Assembly (NCBI GenBank): GCA_044892525.1
Contig: CM097886.1
Coordinates: 174,208,312-174,272,311 of the forward strand
Direction: 5' to 3'
DNA length: 64,000 nt
DNA from: Schmidtea polychroa
Taxonomy: Eukaryota
Shown: positions 37,001 through 52,300 of the stretch, piece by piece
How the letters are laid out: every line of letters starts with the position of its first letter
Position numbering within the stretch: the first letter of the stretch is position 1
The notes under the pieces: model-generated
What the model was told of the DNA's origin: nothing
The model's input: only the letters and a program-made list of their open reading frames with translations
Databases searched by the model: none
Position numbers and translations under genes: made by a program

Positions 37001-40000
37001 TAGATATGAAAACAAACACTTTAGTGTTGACTAAACTTTGAAGGTTCAACTACTCTGTTGTAAAGAATTAAATGAGAAAATAGATGGCTTAATAGCGTTG
37101 GACATATAGCAATTGTAATAATTGAATGTGAGCATTAAACCCAAGCTGAATATATAGTGACGCGCGCTAAAATTCTTCATGAGAGATTTACAAAATAAAT
37201 TTCAATTTGCTCTGAAACATTATTCAAGGGGTATAAAAATTGTTATAATATTATAATTATGGTCAGCAGGAGTAACGAATGGTCTACAAGGGTTACGTAA
37301 GGAAAACAGCGACATGGCATCCATGGGCGTTCGCAGGAATTTTTCCAAGGGGGGGGGACAAAAATATTTTTTTTACCAAGTAGACAATTTTTCTAGGGGG
37401 GTAGAGAGTTGAAAAAAAATGCATATATATAACAAATATTTGGGGCATTCTACAAAATAGGACTTCTTTCTCGTTTATTTACAAAATAGAACTGTTTTTC
37501 ATTGATATACACAATAGAACACTTTTTTGAAAACCAGAACGTCAGTTAATATTGAAAGTTTTTCTACAAATAAGATGATTAGAAATCATTGATTTCCAGA
37601 TATAATTAATAACATTAAAAAAAACAGGAAGCCTCTTTAAATTAAATTTTTTATTAATTTTTTTTGTCTTGGGTTTTTCCAACATTGTTTGAGCGCATCT
37701 AATAAAATGTGTTTATATTAATCAAGAAATAGAATGGTTTGGGTTGTTCCCTTTGCGTACGCCCATGACGTCATCACTGATAAAATAAAATCCAATATTG
37801 GTATTAAAATATTGCTGTAAAAGAAATATTGACAAGAGATATTAAGACATATGAGTTATATTTTACTCAACTTTTATATTCACTTCTCAGACGAAAATTT
37901 CACAAATGTCAGATTAAATTTAAAACAATTTTCTTATTTCCCATCTGTTTTGGATTTTATAAAATGGATCTTGAGATATTCGTTTTAATTTATTTGTTTT
38001 TAATGTCTTTTAAAACTTGAAATTTATTTTAAAAATGTTGTCAACAAGAGAAAAACATACAAATTGTGGCATTGGGCAACAGACCAAAATATCTTGCACA
38101 TGAATAAATCGCCAAAAATATCCATCAAAACGACAAGTACAAGGCCATGTAAACATTGATGATAAATGATGTGCTTGACATTTAGTTCCATAATTTCTTG
38201 ATTAAATAAACTTGTTCCACTTTGATTGACATGATCTTTGGCAAACGACATTATCAGCATAAAGTCTCGGGAATTATGCTAATAAATCTTTCTATGTGCC
38301 TTTTTAACATCTTTTTATTGCATTATTATATGAAAAAGAATGTGAACATATTACAATGGTAATTAGAATAATGTCACTGTAGCGATCGACTATTTTCAAA
38401 CTTATTTAAATTAAAATTATATATTAATATTAAGTTTTGTCTATGCATAACAGTGAAAATAAAGCAGATTTGTTTATATTGGAAGATATATTTGAATTTT
38501 AGATAATAAAAGTTTATTATTCTTGTTCTAATTTAATGTCATTTCAAACATCAAATCAGGACCGGCCCTAAACTAAATGGCACCCCAGTCAAAGCATACA
38601 ATTTGACGCCCCCTCTGACCAAACTTATTCATAGATCACCCCACGCCTGACACACCACAAATAAATAATGAACCAGCTAGAACATAGAGGCCTAGAACTT
38701 ACTTATGTTTACCCCAGCTGAGTTATTTAATATTATAATTTTTGTTAAGAAGTACAATCAGCAATCATTACTGTAAATTTGCGGGGAAATCATAAAACAG
38801 TTATAATTAACAAAAAATTTCAACTCTTCTAGTATCTAGAAGTCAAGTCTGTTTTTACATAAAAATACTTTTCTTGTTTTAACAATTGGCAAATTACTTT
38901 TAATATTTCATATTCTAATCTTTCTCATTAGACATATATCTAGAGCAGTAAGTCTTTCCTGTTTCATAGAGACTCGGAGGTATGTTTTTTATTAGTTTTG
39001 AAAGGCTTCATTCCCCAGTCGCTATTTTGACTGCAATAGCTAATAAAATGCGGTTTGAAATAACTAAGTTTCGAGAAAGGTCCAAGCAATGATTTGGTTT
39101 TAAAAATATAAGAACTTGCAAGAGAGTTTTTTTCTCTGGAAACATACATGGTTTTGATATTAATTCATCCCATAATTCATATCCATCCACGTAGCAACTG
39201 TCGCCACAAGGGAGTCTTGACAACTTTTCAACAACTCTTCGCGTGATAATTTCCCTAATCCTTTAATGTCTTATAAGAATGAAAACCCTGACTTCTCAAT
39301 TCGAGAGAATTATGTTCATTGAATCCGTAATAATTCTATAGAGGATGACCCAGACAGAATTTTAGCAATTGAGACATGGATTTCTGCTTCAGTTGGACAA
39401 AAATGCAATCAGATGATATAACATATTTGACAAAGTTTCCAGCATGATTACTAACTCTACATGTAGCATGCCAAAAATTCCTAATCTCACTGGATTTACT
39501 TTCTTTTACAGAGAAATAATTTGGAGACCTACAACAAAAGATCTCTAGTACTGAAAATAACCCTCTCCAATCTGGCACCCCAAAAAGTCTTGATGGATTT
39601 TGAAAAGGCATAAATGAATCAATTCAATTCATATTGTTTTTTCTCATGCAGAAGTCAAAAGATGCTATTTCCACCTCTGTCCAAGTCTCATCAGAAAGAT
39701 GAACTGGTTGGCCTGAAAACCAACTTTGAAGGATACATTGAAAAGAAGTTGATGTTGAAATCTTTTGTAGCATTGACTTTTGTTACAGAAAATGAAATCT
39801 GACTTGTATTTGACATTTTTGCGATGAGTTTTCCAAATGAGAATATATATAATGAAATTCTCACCTACTTCTTCACAACCTCTATTGAGAGTCAAGAAAG
39901 ACCCACAATTTTCAATTAGAGACTGGAATAGTCATAATTCTTCTGTGGAAAGATCACCAAAAGCCAAATAGTGCTATCTATTTTGAATAAGAAGGGGGTT

Positions 40001-40517
40001 AAATTCAATGTATTTAGTACAAAAAGTCCCGCTTATTTTATGTAGTAAAAATAAAAATGTGAGTGAAATCCAAATATTCCTATGAAAAATACAACTTCAA
40101 TTTGCGTAGTATTTTTGAATAACAAATTATGGACACAAAGGGAAGTATTAATTGAGGTATTATTTATTAACCTTTAATGCTTAAACAATTTCAGCAAAAC
40201 TTTATTTTATGCTAATTCATTTAATTTATAACTTATATGTAAATAAACTGGGTCTGTTGAGTTGTCTTGTGTTGAGTTGTCTGGTTACCATAAGTTAGAC
40301 CTAAAAATCACACATTCAAATTTCTCCACACATTTTCAATATTTAATCAATTAGCTATGTCTGCTCCATATGTTGCTAGGAATCTCCTGATTAGTTTTAG
40401 TTTGATAAACGCTCTTTAGGATTGTGCCAGAAATCAATGCTAAAATCTTTAATATACTCTCAGATCTTGAAATGATTTGTTCGAAAAAGTGAGATCAATT
40501 TCAATAAGAAACACTCC

Positions 40518-40558
<41 letters not shown>

Positions 40559-43500
40559 TTATAAATCAAAATAATAAATAGTTTTTAAATAATTAATACT
40601 CTAAAACACACCACTTAATTACGATAATAAAATTCTACATATTCAGCCAATGATAAATGTACACACGAACACGCACACGCACATACTCATTCCTAAACCA
40701 ATGGGAAGCGAAACAAAAAAATGTATGGATATTTGGGAGAATGAATAATTGAGTCATCAGTCTCAATTTAATTCATATAATTAGATTAATTAATGGTTGA
40801 AATTATCAGGAAATGAAACAAGAACATTTCCAGTAGTCTGTCGCGATTAATTATTGGGAATAAACTGAGAAAATTTGTTTACATAATACAATTTAAAGAT
40901 TAACGGAAAGAATAATCTAATGAGACTTGTGATATAACTTTAGGCATGGAACGGAATCACGAAAAACGAAGAAATACAGATTCCAAATGCCAACAAATAT
41001 TTGATATAGGACTGGACTGATAGGAGCTTCATGTTAATATAATTATGATTATTTGCAATGCAATAGTCGACATCTTTCATCAAATAATAATTGCAATTAT
41101 GATAAATTTTATGGATGAATGAGCTGGGCGGATGAAAATTATCCTCAAAATGTGCTACATACATGATCGGAACAAATTGGGGGCTCCCACAAAATTTAAT
41201 TTACTTTTATGTTTTGAAAATTTATAAAAATCTAAATAAACAAAATGTGCAACATAAATGATCGAATCAAAATGTGCAACATAAATGATCGGAACGAAAT
41301 GTGTAACATGAATGATCGGAATAAAATGCGCAACATGAATGCTCTGAACGAAATGCGCAACATGAATGCTCTGAAGGAAATGTGCAACATGAATGATCGA
41401 AACGAAATGTCCTGATAGTCTTTTGGACAGAGTATTTAAAAATTTCAATTTTATCCCTTCCAAATGAATTACAATTTATCTACGACCCCATAAATACCTC
41501 GAAATTATATAAAATTACAAAGGCTAAATCAGTGGTGGCCAACCCAAATCAATCGAAGGGCCAAATTTTCGGAAAAATACTATCACGGGCCACAATAAAT
41601 TCATTTAAATAAATATAACTCGTTTTTACGATTCTAGTAAACTTAGAATCAATTTTTAAAATTAAAAACATGCTTAATTCGAATATGAAATCTAAAAAAG
41701 ACAATTATTGATTTGATGTTTAAAATTGTGTCCGGGCCACATCAAAACGCTTCGCGGGCCACCGGTTAGCCATGGCTGGGCTAAATGATATTATCTATCA
41801 GTATATAAAAGTACCAAATGGATTTCATTTTTCTAAGAAATAATTTATTATATTTTGAGATTCGCCATCTTAGCGCTTATCAGTTATTTCTAATAGAACA
41901 ATTTCCCCGATGTCATTATTAGACACCTTTTGCAATGTTATTTTATATGAAACTTAATAAAACCTCACCTCTATACAAGTTGAGCTTTTTTATTTGTTGT
42001 TGAAACCAAAAGTGCAATAAAAACAAACGTATAAACAATAACGTACCTGCCACCAATCGGGATCAGCAGAATTCACTATCAAAATGATATCATTAGTTAG
42101 AAAGGCTAAAGGTCGACTAGGCAAATTCTTCTCCACGTCGGGATCGAATTCAAATAACGCACGAACATAAAATCCATTCTTTCGAGTGACACTATCCTTG
42201 TCTGAGGTGAGATTGCCAGATCCATTACTGATCCCGGAATGATTTGTAGCACTGTTGGTCGTTGATGTATTTGATTCAAATGTGAATATTTGATGATTTT
42301 CTTTCTCACTGATCCTTGAATCATAATCACAAGAAACTGGAGTTTTCGTTCTTTTAGAAGAACGCGACAATTTCTCATCATTATTAAACACATCAATTGA
42401 TTTACAAGATTTATACATAGGACTAGAATAATAAGGTTCAATTTGTTGTTTACTATTGGAAATGGGATCATGATTGATCTCACATCCGACTGATCGCATA
42501 TGGTCAATATTTGTTTTGTGTTGCATATCGTTTTTCGGCATTATTTCATAATAATTTTTGTTATTAATAGTTTCAGCAAGATTCGGAGTAGATTTAGACG
42601 TCGACCAATTACTGTCTTTGTTTTTGTGAGTATTCCAATTAAATTTTGACTCAAATGCCACATATTCTGTACAATAAAAAATTAAAACAAAAGTGCAAGT
42701 TTTATAAGAATAAGAATAATAATAATAGTAATAATAATAATAATAGTTTCTTGGTAGTATGCAATTTAAACTAACAATAAAATTTTATCAATCAATTTCC
42801 TACCTTTGAATTTTTAAACACTTTGTTTCATATAATAAATCGATATAACATTCGGTAACTCGGCTGAAACAATCCCATTGGAGTTAGCGGTTAAAATTTT
42901 AAAGATATTTTTGGCAATTTACCGGTTAACTGGTAATGGCGTATGAAAAATCATAATCACCTCTGCGCAGCCCCGTACCGTGACACCTTTTGACGGGGGG
43001 CCCAGACTCTCATTAAAGGGGCCAGTAATTCTCGTGTAAACTAAGTATTTTATGAAAACAGACTTGTCACTACTCACACTTTGCACTCCGAAATGTTCAA
43101 TTTAAAAAAAAGGAAAGCAAAATCGACATTTTGTCTGAGCATTATTTTGCTACATTATTGCATATACTAGTATATAGGAAATGATTTTCGCACATTTTTT
43201 AGGAACAAACACAAAAAACAAATAGCTGCATGTATTTGCACGACGGACAATTGGACATACAAAGACAGAACACACAGTCACACAGATTTGAAAACTAAAG
43301 GTGAGTGCAATAGAAATTACACAGGAACTAGATCCAGAAAAAAGAAATTACGTGTGTGAGATATCGACATGACTCAAAATAGCTGCAGTCGACGATTTTT
43401 CATTTCATGAAACAGCCGAAGAAACTCATCAGATTTGATGTTATTACTGATGTCACTTTCAAATGAGAGCAATACAAGGTTGGCTTTACGAGAATGGCTC

Positions 43501-46313
43501 ATCGACGTACGAAAGGGAGTTAAGACACGAGATAAAGTACTGAAAGTCGCCTCACATGTGGCAGTTGAAGCACCGATTGTCAGTGCAGAAGCTGCAAGAC
43601 GATAGACAGATGGAAAAGCATCTCGGTATGAGTACAGTTCTTGCACTAACTGATGAACGTTTGTCACAGTACTGGCTCTCTTCAATAGGAAAACCTTTGC
43701 AGTTTCAAATTCATGTTGGGTTTCGCTTAGGTCCACGCCACACAGTGTCGCTAAAGTCTTTAGATCGTCAATATTCAAAAAGTTTGCGTGATCAGTCTTC
43801 AAACATGCAAGAGACTTATAAAGGCTTCTGTTGGTGACACCGAAGCGTTTTGTTAGTTCCTGCAGAGTCCTATCAACGACTTCGTAATACATCTGGCGAT
43901 ATGCGCATCTGATAGGCAAGGCCTGGTGTTCTGGCTGTCCCACAGATCCGAACACAATGAAGTTGTCTAATTTTGAGTTCATCTGAGTTCTTCTTCTTTT
44001 TGGTGTCTGTTCCATATCCATTTGACCTTCGAATTTCCCAAAAAGAACTTGGAATTCCTCTTCATTGCGTAGGCTGCGAATGCGCTCTATGACGGCATCC
44101 ATAACATCACATGCTGAAGAAAGGTCCATTGCTTGACCCTGCAAGCTATTGTTGGCTGTTTCAAGGATAGTCAGCAATGAGAGCACCATGTGTGCAATGA
44201 ACTGAAACTCCACTTCATTGACTCGATGCAAGAGTCCAGTAGCTTCCAATTGAATATCAATTGAAAAGTGAGAATGTCTACTAGAACACATCTCAAGCAA
44301 ATTCACAATTGTATCATAATTAGTTGTTATTGCCTGAGTCGTCTGCAAGTGTCCTGTCCAACGATGTTCCATGAGCCGTGTCAATTTATCGCCTTGATAT
44401 ATGGCCGCAACCTTAGGATATGACAAAAATGTGTATAAGTTTCTGCATATGTCGAAAAAGTCCCGCAGTTTTTGGCACTCAGAAACGGCACACACAACAA
44501 CCAAATGCAACTTGTGGTTGAAGCAATGGACATACGGAATTTCTTTTTGTAGACGCTCCTGAAGCAAGGCCTGCACCCCACCATGCTGTCCAGACATAAC
44601 AGCGGCTCCATCATAGCATTGGGAAATTATATTTTTAGGATCCAACTGAGGCTCTTTCAAGGTTGTCAAAATTACATCTGTGAAGGTCTCTGCATTGAGA
44701 GCAATTGTTCGGGAAATGCAGATTAAGTGCTCCTGAGGTTGTCCTGCTGAGACAAACCTTATGGCAATCGACACATTCTCAGTCCCTGTTCGATCTTTGG
44801 TACCATCCACCTTCAGAGTAAAATATTCAACATCCGCAGACTTGCACTTCTTAACAATTGACTCTTGCACTATTGATGCCATTAACGCGATAATTTCATT
44901 TTGAATTCGAGGTGATGTGTACGTGGCAATTTTGGGAATCGTTTTAATGATTCGAGCCAGCTCAGGATTTTTCTTAACAGTGTATTCGAAGAGACGTAAA
45001 AATAGACCACACGGAAGCTTATCATCCTCATCAATATCATCTCTACTGAAACTGTCACCACGAAAGGCTAATTCATTTGTCACAAGAAACTTTACAACGT
45101 CAACGATTTCGTTGACATAATAACGGTTGTTCTTCAGCTGTGTTTCATTAATCAAAGTGCAAACTTCCTCACCTTTTTCACATCTCAGCTGTTTCTCTTT
45201 CCAGCGTTCCATGGCATGGATGTGGCCAGCAGAAAATTCATGCTTTTGAAAACCTTTTCCTTTTTCTAAAGCCGATTTCCAATTTCGGAATCCTCCTGTT
45301 CTGAAAGCACTTTCGCCAGCAGAGCCGGGCAATGAAAATTTTCTACAGCAAAAGCAGAAGACTGCATCTTTCTCAATAGAGTACTCCAAATATGGTCTTC
45401 CATTATACCACACAGACAAAAATGAGCGTTCCCTTGAACCAAACGAAGTCTTTGGGAAATTTACATCAGTTGGCTGGCGTGGCATTTCTTCACCCAGATC
45501 ACATTTAGTAGATGACAGAGTCTTAGCAGGTGCACAAGAAGATGAGGACATCACTGCACTGTCACGGATACATGAAATAGCAGGTACAGATGAAGGACTA
45601 GCACAAGTTGAGGACATAGTAGCAGAGATACTATCACTGGATGAAGTGACTGAAGTCACAGAATTCTTTGGAATGACTTGGAAGAAATTCATGATACTCT
45701 TTTGTGTCGACATGTTCTAATACGATGAAAATAATGTTACAAAATATGATCAATTAACATGTTACTCTGCCATAGGAGTGAGTTGAGTATAATGACATGT
45801 GATGTGCTCTCATTGGCCTATCTCTCTACCATCGTATAAAGACCACAATGCACCCACTCCGTGCTCTGACACTCAATCATGCCTCCATGCGTTGTTACTG
45901 CCTGTGAGGCAGGAAAGACAGACAGCACGCACCCTACCCACGCCACCGACTTCACATGCCAGTCTCTTCCAGTGAGGCAGATAGATGGAACATCCAACCC
46001 CCGTCCACACTACATAAACCTCTACATGTGCAACTCATGCACACCCATGTTAATGCATGTGTGCACGATAGCAATTTTTCTTTTATCAAACATATTGAAT
46101 GTAATTTTTTATTCATGTCCGTTTTTTTATTTGGGGGGGCCAGACTTGCGTTTGGGGGGCCAGGCCCTCCTGGGCCCCCCCGAAGGTACGGGCCTGCCTC
46201 TGCGGACTAAAAAATTAGTCGATACACAGAAACTGTTTACAAGTGCATCCGATTACCATTAGCGTTTTAACATCTAAAGTAATGGTGTAAATATTTTTTT
46301 TGCGCCATTACTT

Positions 46314-46382
<69 letters not shown>

Positions 46383-49300
46383 CATTAAAGTTATTAACAT
46401 ATTATTATTTCTGTTATTACAATAATTATTCTTATTTATGTGAGTATTGTCATTATTATTCCTACCACTGGCGTGAGCGAAATTATAGCCGTCTTCATTC
46501 ATCATAATATAACTGTTAATGAAACACTTAATTATTAAATAATATACAGTATCTACTGTATATTTTCTAAGTTGTTTTCAAACAACAAGATTGCATTGAC
46601 AGAAGATGGGTATAGTGACTGGAAAAATATTTCATGCCATTTATCAAGTCACGAGTGCTTAACGTCATCGTTGATACGCCTAGGAATTCGATTGCAGAAC
46701 GCTTTGCACAAATGCAAGAGCACAGTGGGAACTTTTCATTCTTTTACGTATGACATTAAAGGATTACAGAAATTATCACGCAAAGAGTTGTTGAAAAACA
46801 GTCAAGACTTACAAGTCCTACTCACTTGTGGCGACAGTTGCGACGTGAATGGATATGAATTATGTGATGAATTACTTTTTTCTAATAATTTTCTGAATGC
46901 CATTATCTTTACCAGGTATGGCAGAACATCCATTATAACCGTGTCCTAACAATTTATCAAGGCCGAGACCAAATGTTTTAGATTGACTTATAATCGAATC
47001 AACCATTGTTGAAGCACTCATATTTTCTAGAGAGATCAATCCAATAAATTCTTCTCTTTTTATATATTTTCCTTCAGTTTTATCAACAAATCCAACACCT
47101 ATTGACAATTGGTCTTTTTCAAATATATCTACAGTTTCACCAGTCAAAATTGAAAATCCAAAAGAATTATTGACAGCCGAGACCATTTGTTTAGAAAGGA
47201 AATTTTCGCATATATTAATTAGTTTATTTTGTGCCATGTGAGAAGTCAGGGACGGCTCTTCCATATAGGCGGAGTAGGCGGCCGCCTAGGACGCTCAATT
47301 TTGTAAGGCGCAAAAATATTTTTATAAATTATTTCTTGAATATAGAAAAAAAATTATTTATTAAAATATGCGTTTGATGATTCAACATTTTTTATAATAA
47401 ATTTATCTTCAAATAATAATTGAATTTAGCTATATTCTAGCTCAAATTTGGTGACTTCTCATAAGGATTTGTATGTATGTCTTAGAATTATTAAATCAAA
47501 GAATGTTTTTTTTGTAGAATTTCAAAATAAAAATGTGGCCATGTCCCCTAAACTATATAAGCTAGCCTCATCAAACTTTGCAAATTAGTCAAGGTTGGTC
47601 AGGTTAGGTTAGGCAAAGTTTGGTTTGGTTAGATTATATAGTTATATAGATTGAAACGTTATGTTTCAGTTAATCATCTTTAGGGTAGGCGCTTCATAAA
47701 AGTTTGCCTAGGGCACTCGAGTTAGACAAAATTTCTTGAGCCGCCCCTGTGAGAAGTATATTGTGCTTTACGAGGAACTGTTTCTTAATGCGTTCTTAAT
47801 ACGTTATCAGCGCTTTATGCAACAGGCCATGGATCATTCACATGTCCGTTGATTTAGAAAGCAAATCTACACACAGTAAATGTAAAAATATAACTTTAAA
47901 ACTATTAAATTTGATCATATAATATTACTGAAAGATCAATTTTCTGGAAGTAATTTTCCATGATTATATTTTATTGATTAATTTTTGATTAAAAATTTAA
48001 TAGTGGGTTAGAAAAAGGTAACAAAAAATAATTAAAATTTTGAAAAAAAACCCCCAGCAGTTTGACGCAGTCACGCAATCGCAATTATTCAGGTGGCACA
48101 TCGACAGATTCCTGGTGAGACTTTTAATACGAGATAAACCGTCACCATCAGTACACTTCCGATTTTCGGGATTCAATTAGAAATGATTTCATTCTCAATT
48201 CATTCATATCAATAGTAGGGGAATTTAAAACGGTTTTCTAATTTAGACTTTCAATTTTAAATTTAATAAAAAAATTGGTATTTACAGAAAAAAACTCTAA
48301 ATAACAGAATTTCATGGAGCAAAATTAATAATTAATTCGCTTAATTAATATAAAATCATTAAATGTATTCAGCGAAATTCGGATGTAATAATAGTTAATT
48401 GGAGACGGCTGTCAATCATCACACGTAATTTGCCCCCCCCCTCCCAACTCTACTCCCCTTCCTAGAATATCTCATAAATACATTATATAATTGTCATATT
48501 GGATCGAGTTTGAATCATTGACTTCATAGAATTGGATTTATTAACAATAAAAACATACTAAACCTCCTAAACCTCCTAAACTATGAATATTACCAAAGTC
48601 TGTAATGTTTCTGTCTAATATAATCAAATCCACAATTTTACAAGCATAACACTTAAATTATTATTTTGCCTTGAACTTTGGCAGGGGGTTTTGGAACGCA
48701 TTATGCCACACTCTAAAGCAGACAAAACAGATTATTTCTTGTAATTCTGAAACATAAACACAATTGATTTAGCTCAGCATTTCTATTCGATGAGATTATA
48801 ACAATCAGAAAATTACGAAAATAATTTATAATTAAAATATAAACTTAATTATTACCATTGACATCTGTTGTTAATAATAATTCTAAGGTTTTTCTAGAAC
48901 CTTTTAAAAGAGAAGCAGCTTCATCGTGAGTAGCAATTGATATATCAATACCATTCACCTACATTAANNNNNNNNNNNNNNNNNNNNNNNNNNNNNNNNN
49001 NNNNNNNNNNNNNNNNNNNNNNNNNNNNNNNNNNNNNNNNNNNNNNNNNNNNNNNNNNNNNNNNNNNNNNNNNNNNNNNNNNNNNNNNNNNNNNNNNNNN
49101 NNNNNNNNNNNNNNNNNNNNNNNNNNNNNNNNNNNNNNNNNNNNNNNNNNNNNNNNNNNNNNNNNNNNNNNNNNNNNNNNNNNNNNNNNNNNNNNNNNNN
49201 NNNNNNNNNNNNNNNNNNNNNNNNNNNNNNNNNNNNNNNNNNNNNNNNNNNNNNNNNNNNNNNNNNNNNNNNNNNNNNNNNNNNNNNNNNNNNNNNNNNN

Positions 49301-52300
49301 NNNNNNNNNNNNNNNNNNNNNNNNNNNNNNNNNNNNNNNNNNNNNNNNNNNNNNNNNNNNNNNNNNNNNNNNNNNNNNNNNNNNNNNNNNNNNNNNNNNN
49401 NNNNNNNNNNNNNNNNNNNNNNNNNNNNNNNNNNNNNNNNNNNNNNNNNNNNNNNNNNNNNNNNNNNNNNNNNNNNNNNNNNNNNNNNNNNNNNNNNNNN
49501 NNNNNNNNNNNNNNNNNNNNNNNNNNNNNNNNNNNNNNNNNNNNNNNNNNNNNNNNNNNCAAGGCAACAATTAAAAATATTTTACATCCCTATTTCCCAA
49601 CTCAATCAACTGAGAATAGAGAAACAGGAGTCATAAATAATCATGAATAATTTTGACAATTTTGAAATTAGTTTCAAATCGATTTAAACAAAAAATGGAT
49701 TTAGAAGATTTTCAATTTTAAAAATAAACAATAAATTTTTACTTTCAATCTAGATTACAGGGAAATTGAATGAAGGCAACTTATTTTATATGCGTTACAA
49801 TTAAGAGGAACAGATAATTGGCATGGCATCAGACATTTATAACCCTGAATGAATTACAGTCCTATTTGATAATTTATTATCATTTAGATCTTGGACAAAA
49901 TACGGATTTGTTAGTAGAATAAAACTGTCAAAATACAAAGACAAAAATAAGATTAATGACAGGAACCCTCTTTTGTTGGATCTTCCAAATTAAATGATTG
50001 ATGTACCTTGATAATAACCCTTTGGTCGTCATTATACTTTACACTTACAACTTTTGGTAACAATAACAACTTCTTTTTTATAAATATCTATAGATTATTT
50101 ATTATTCAAGATAGAAAAAGCCTACTTCCTTAAATGAAAATAGTGAGTGCCGTGATCAGCCAGGTGCAACAGGTGCACCAGCACAGGGATCAGAGATCGA
50201 GAGGGCCCTAAAACGGAATTGTTAATTGGATTATTTATACAAATTTTTTTAACAAAAATTGTATTCGAGATTTTAAAAGGCAATTTGTATTCTGAGTAAG
50301 ACAGAATAATTGTATTGAATAACAATAATATTTAAATATTTAACAATAATTTTTGTGTCTTTTTAATTAACTCTAAAATTTACGCAATTTGCATTAATCT
50401 GAAACAACGGTTATCTTTTTCTATCAAACCAAAGTATTTTTAAAAACACAGGTAAGCTTTAATAAATAATAAAATAATTTATTTTTACATTTCCATAGCT
50501 CAATAATGTCAAAATTATTGTCAGGCGCTCAAAAATGAAAAATTAAGAAGCAAAAACTTGAAGAAAGTAAATCAATGTCGCAAAACCTTGTAAAATGGCT
50601 GAGAAAAGATACACCAGAAGTCGGAAAAGGGTCTTCTAATAAAAAAAACTGCAACACTTATTGAAATTTTACAAGGTCTACATGACTTTGGATTAATTGA
50701 ATCTTATTTAAACATCAATATTGCTATACGATTATTCCTCATACTCCCAGTATCAATTGCTTCGTGTGAGAGAAGTTTTAGCAAGTTAAAATTAATTAAA
50801 AACTATTGAAGATCTACTATAGGACAAGATCGATTATCCAATCTTGCCATAATATCTATTGAGTATAACATCTTAAAGGATACTAATTATGACGATATAA
50901 TTAATGAGTTTGCTGAAAAGAGTACGATTAAATGAAAAATTAAATAATGTAATATATTTTTGTGTACAATAAATATTTTATATGATATCAATTTGAACTA
51001 TAATTACTTTTCCCCAAAAAATATAGGGGCCCTAATAAATTTCTTGCACATACTACTTATGAAATGAAATTAATTTTGCTATCCATATGTGCAAGATCCA
51101 TGACAAAACAATTCATGATAATCTCGATAAGTAGTTAGCATGGGAGATTGCCAGTGACATGTTAATATTTAATTTTTATGTATTTATACATATTAAATAA
51201 TTTTACCAGCTTTTATACACTTGTTTCACCTGGGAATTACCAATAATTCATTCATGTGTACTTCCTCAAAAGTACAACGAAGAAGGCATTTCATGGAATG
51301 TGATTATAATTTTCAAGGGATTGTTGCCAATTTTAATAAACTTTTAAAAAGCTAGATTGTTCTCACACATTTCATTTGTTAGGAAAAAGTTCTTTCTGAT
51401 TCAAATCTTTCGTAAGAGAATCCAACGTGCCTTAGTTTTCCAGGACTTTTCATCACAAAAAAACCCTTAAATCGGATTATCAAAACATAAATCATCCTCC
51501 AGATGAACCTCTGCCACCATAAACGTCCTTTAATTGATCACTAAATACCCCTACTAGAAACTTCATCAAAATCAGGAACTTCATAGTACTCCAAAATTCT
51601 ATAGAAGAAAAAAAACTTGGTTGACAAAAAACACTCCAACAACTAATATCGAAACAACCTATAAAATTACCCGAATTCCGGATCTGCCCTATGTTAGACC
51701 CTGCCAGAATAACTGGATATTTCAATAATCCAGTTTCTTTCCTCGTTATAAATTACATATAGGGAAAATCAGAAAGAATATATTTATGAGTTCTGTCTCA
51801 TGTATTCTATTAGAGGAATGAGCTATGAAATTTGAACTGATTCCCAAACACGATCAGTTCATAGATACGATCATTGAGGACCATTAAATCTAAGATTAAT
51901 TAGTGAGAAAAGGTATATATTTAACCTTTATCACTGGATATTGTCTAGCCAGCTTTCATCATTGACAATGTTATTATTTATATGGGAGAAAATACAAATA
52001 GATTAATACTATTTTTAATTTCAATTTAGAAAAATTTCTAAATTCCTTAAAAGAAAAATACTGAATGGGAATAACCTATAGAGGAATTTCGTTTGGAGAG
52101 GAGATGAAATTTCTTTCAAATGGTATTCGAATCTACGCTGGATTTTGGGGGAAATACGTAAATGCTTATGAGAATTACATGTAGAAAACAATCTAAATAT
52201 GTTTCATTTTATTTAAATAAAGAACTTTGTTCTTTTTAGCACCACCATATGTAACTCCCATCCATTCAGTGAAAACTAAAGTATCTAGTATCAAAATATT

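Noticed and set aside
47590-47625. TTAGG-like repeats
   Set aside because: Only two or three units inside a MITE; not a telomeric array.
48660-48790. Candidate extra dlg exon after PDZ3
   Set aside because: 48856 splices in phase directly to 42666 giving the conserved E-Y-x-x-F-E-x-K; the candidate runs into stops.
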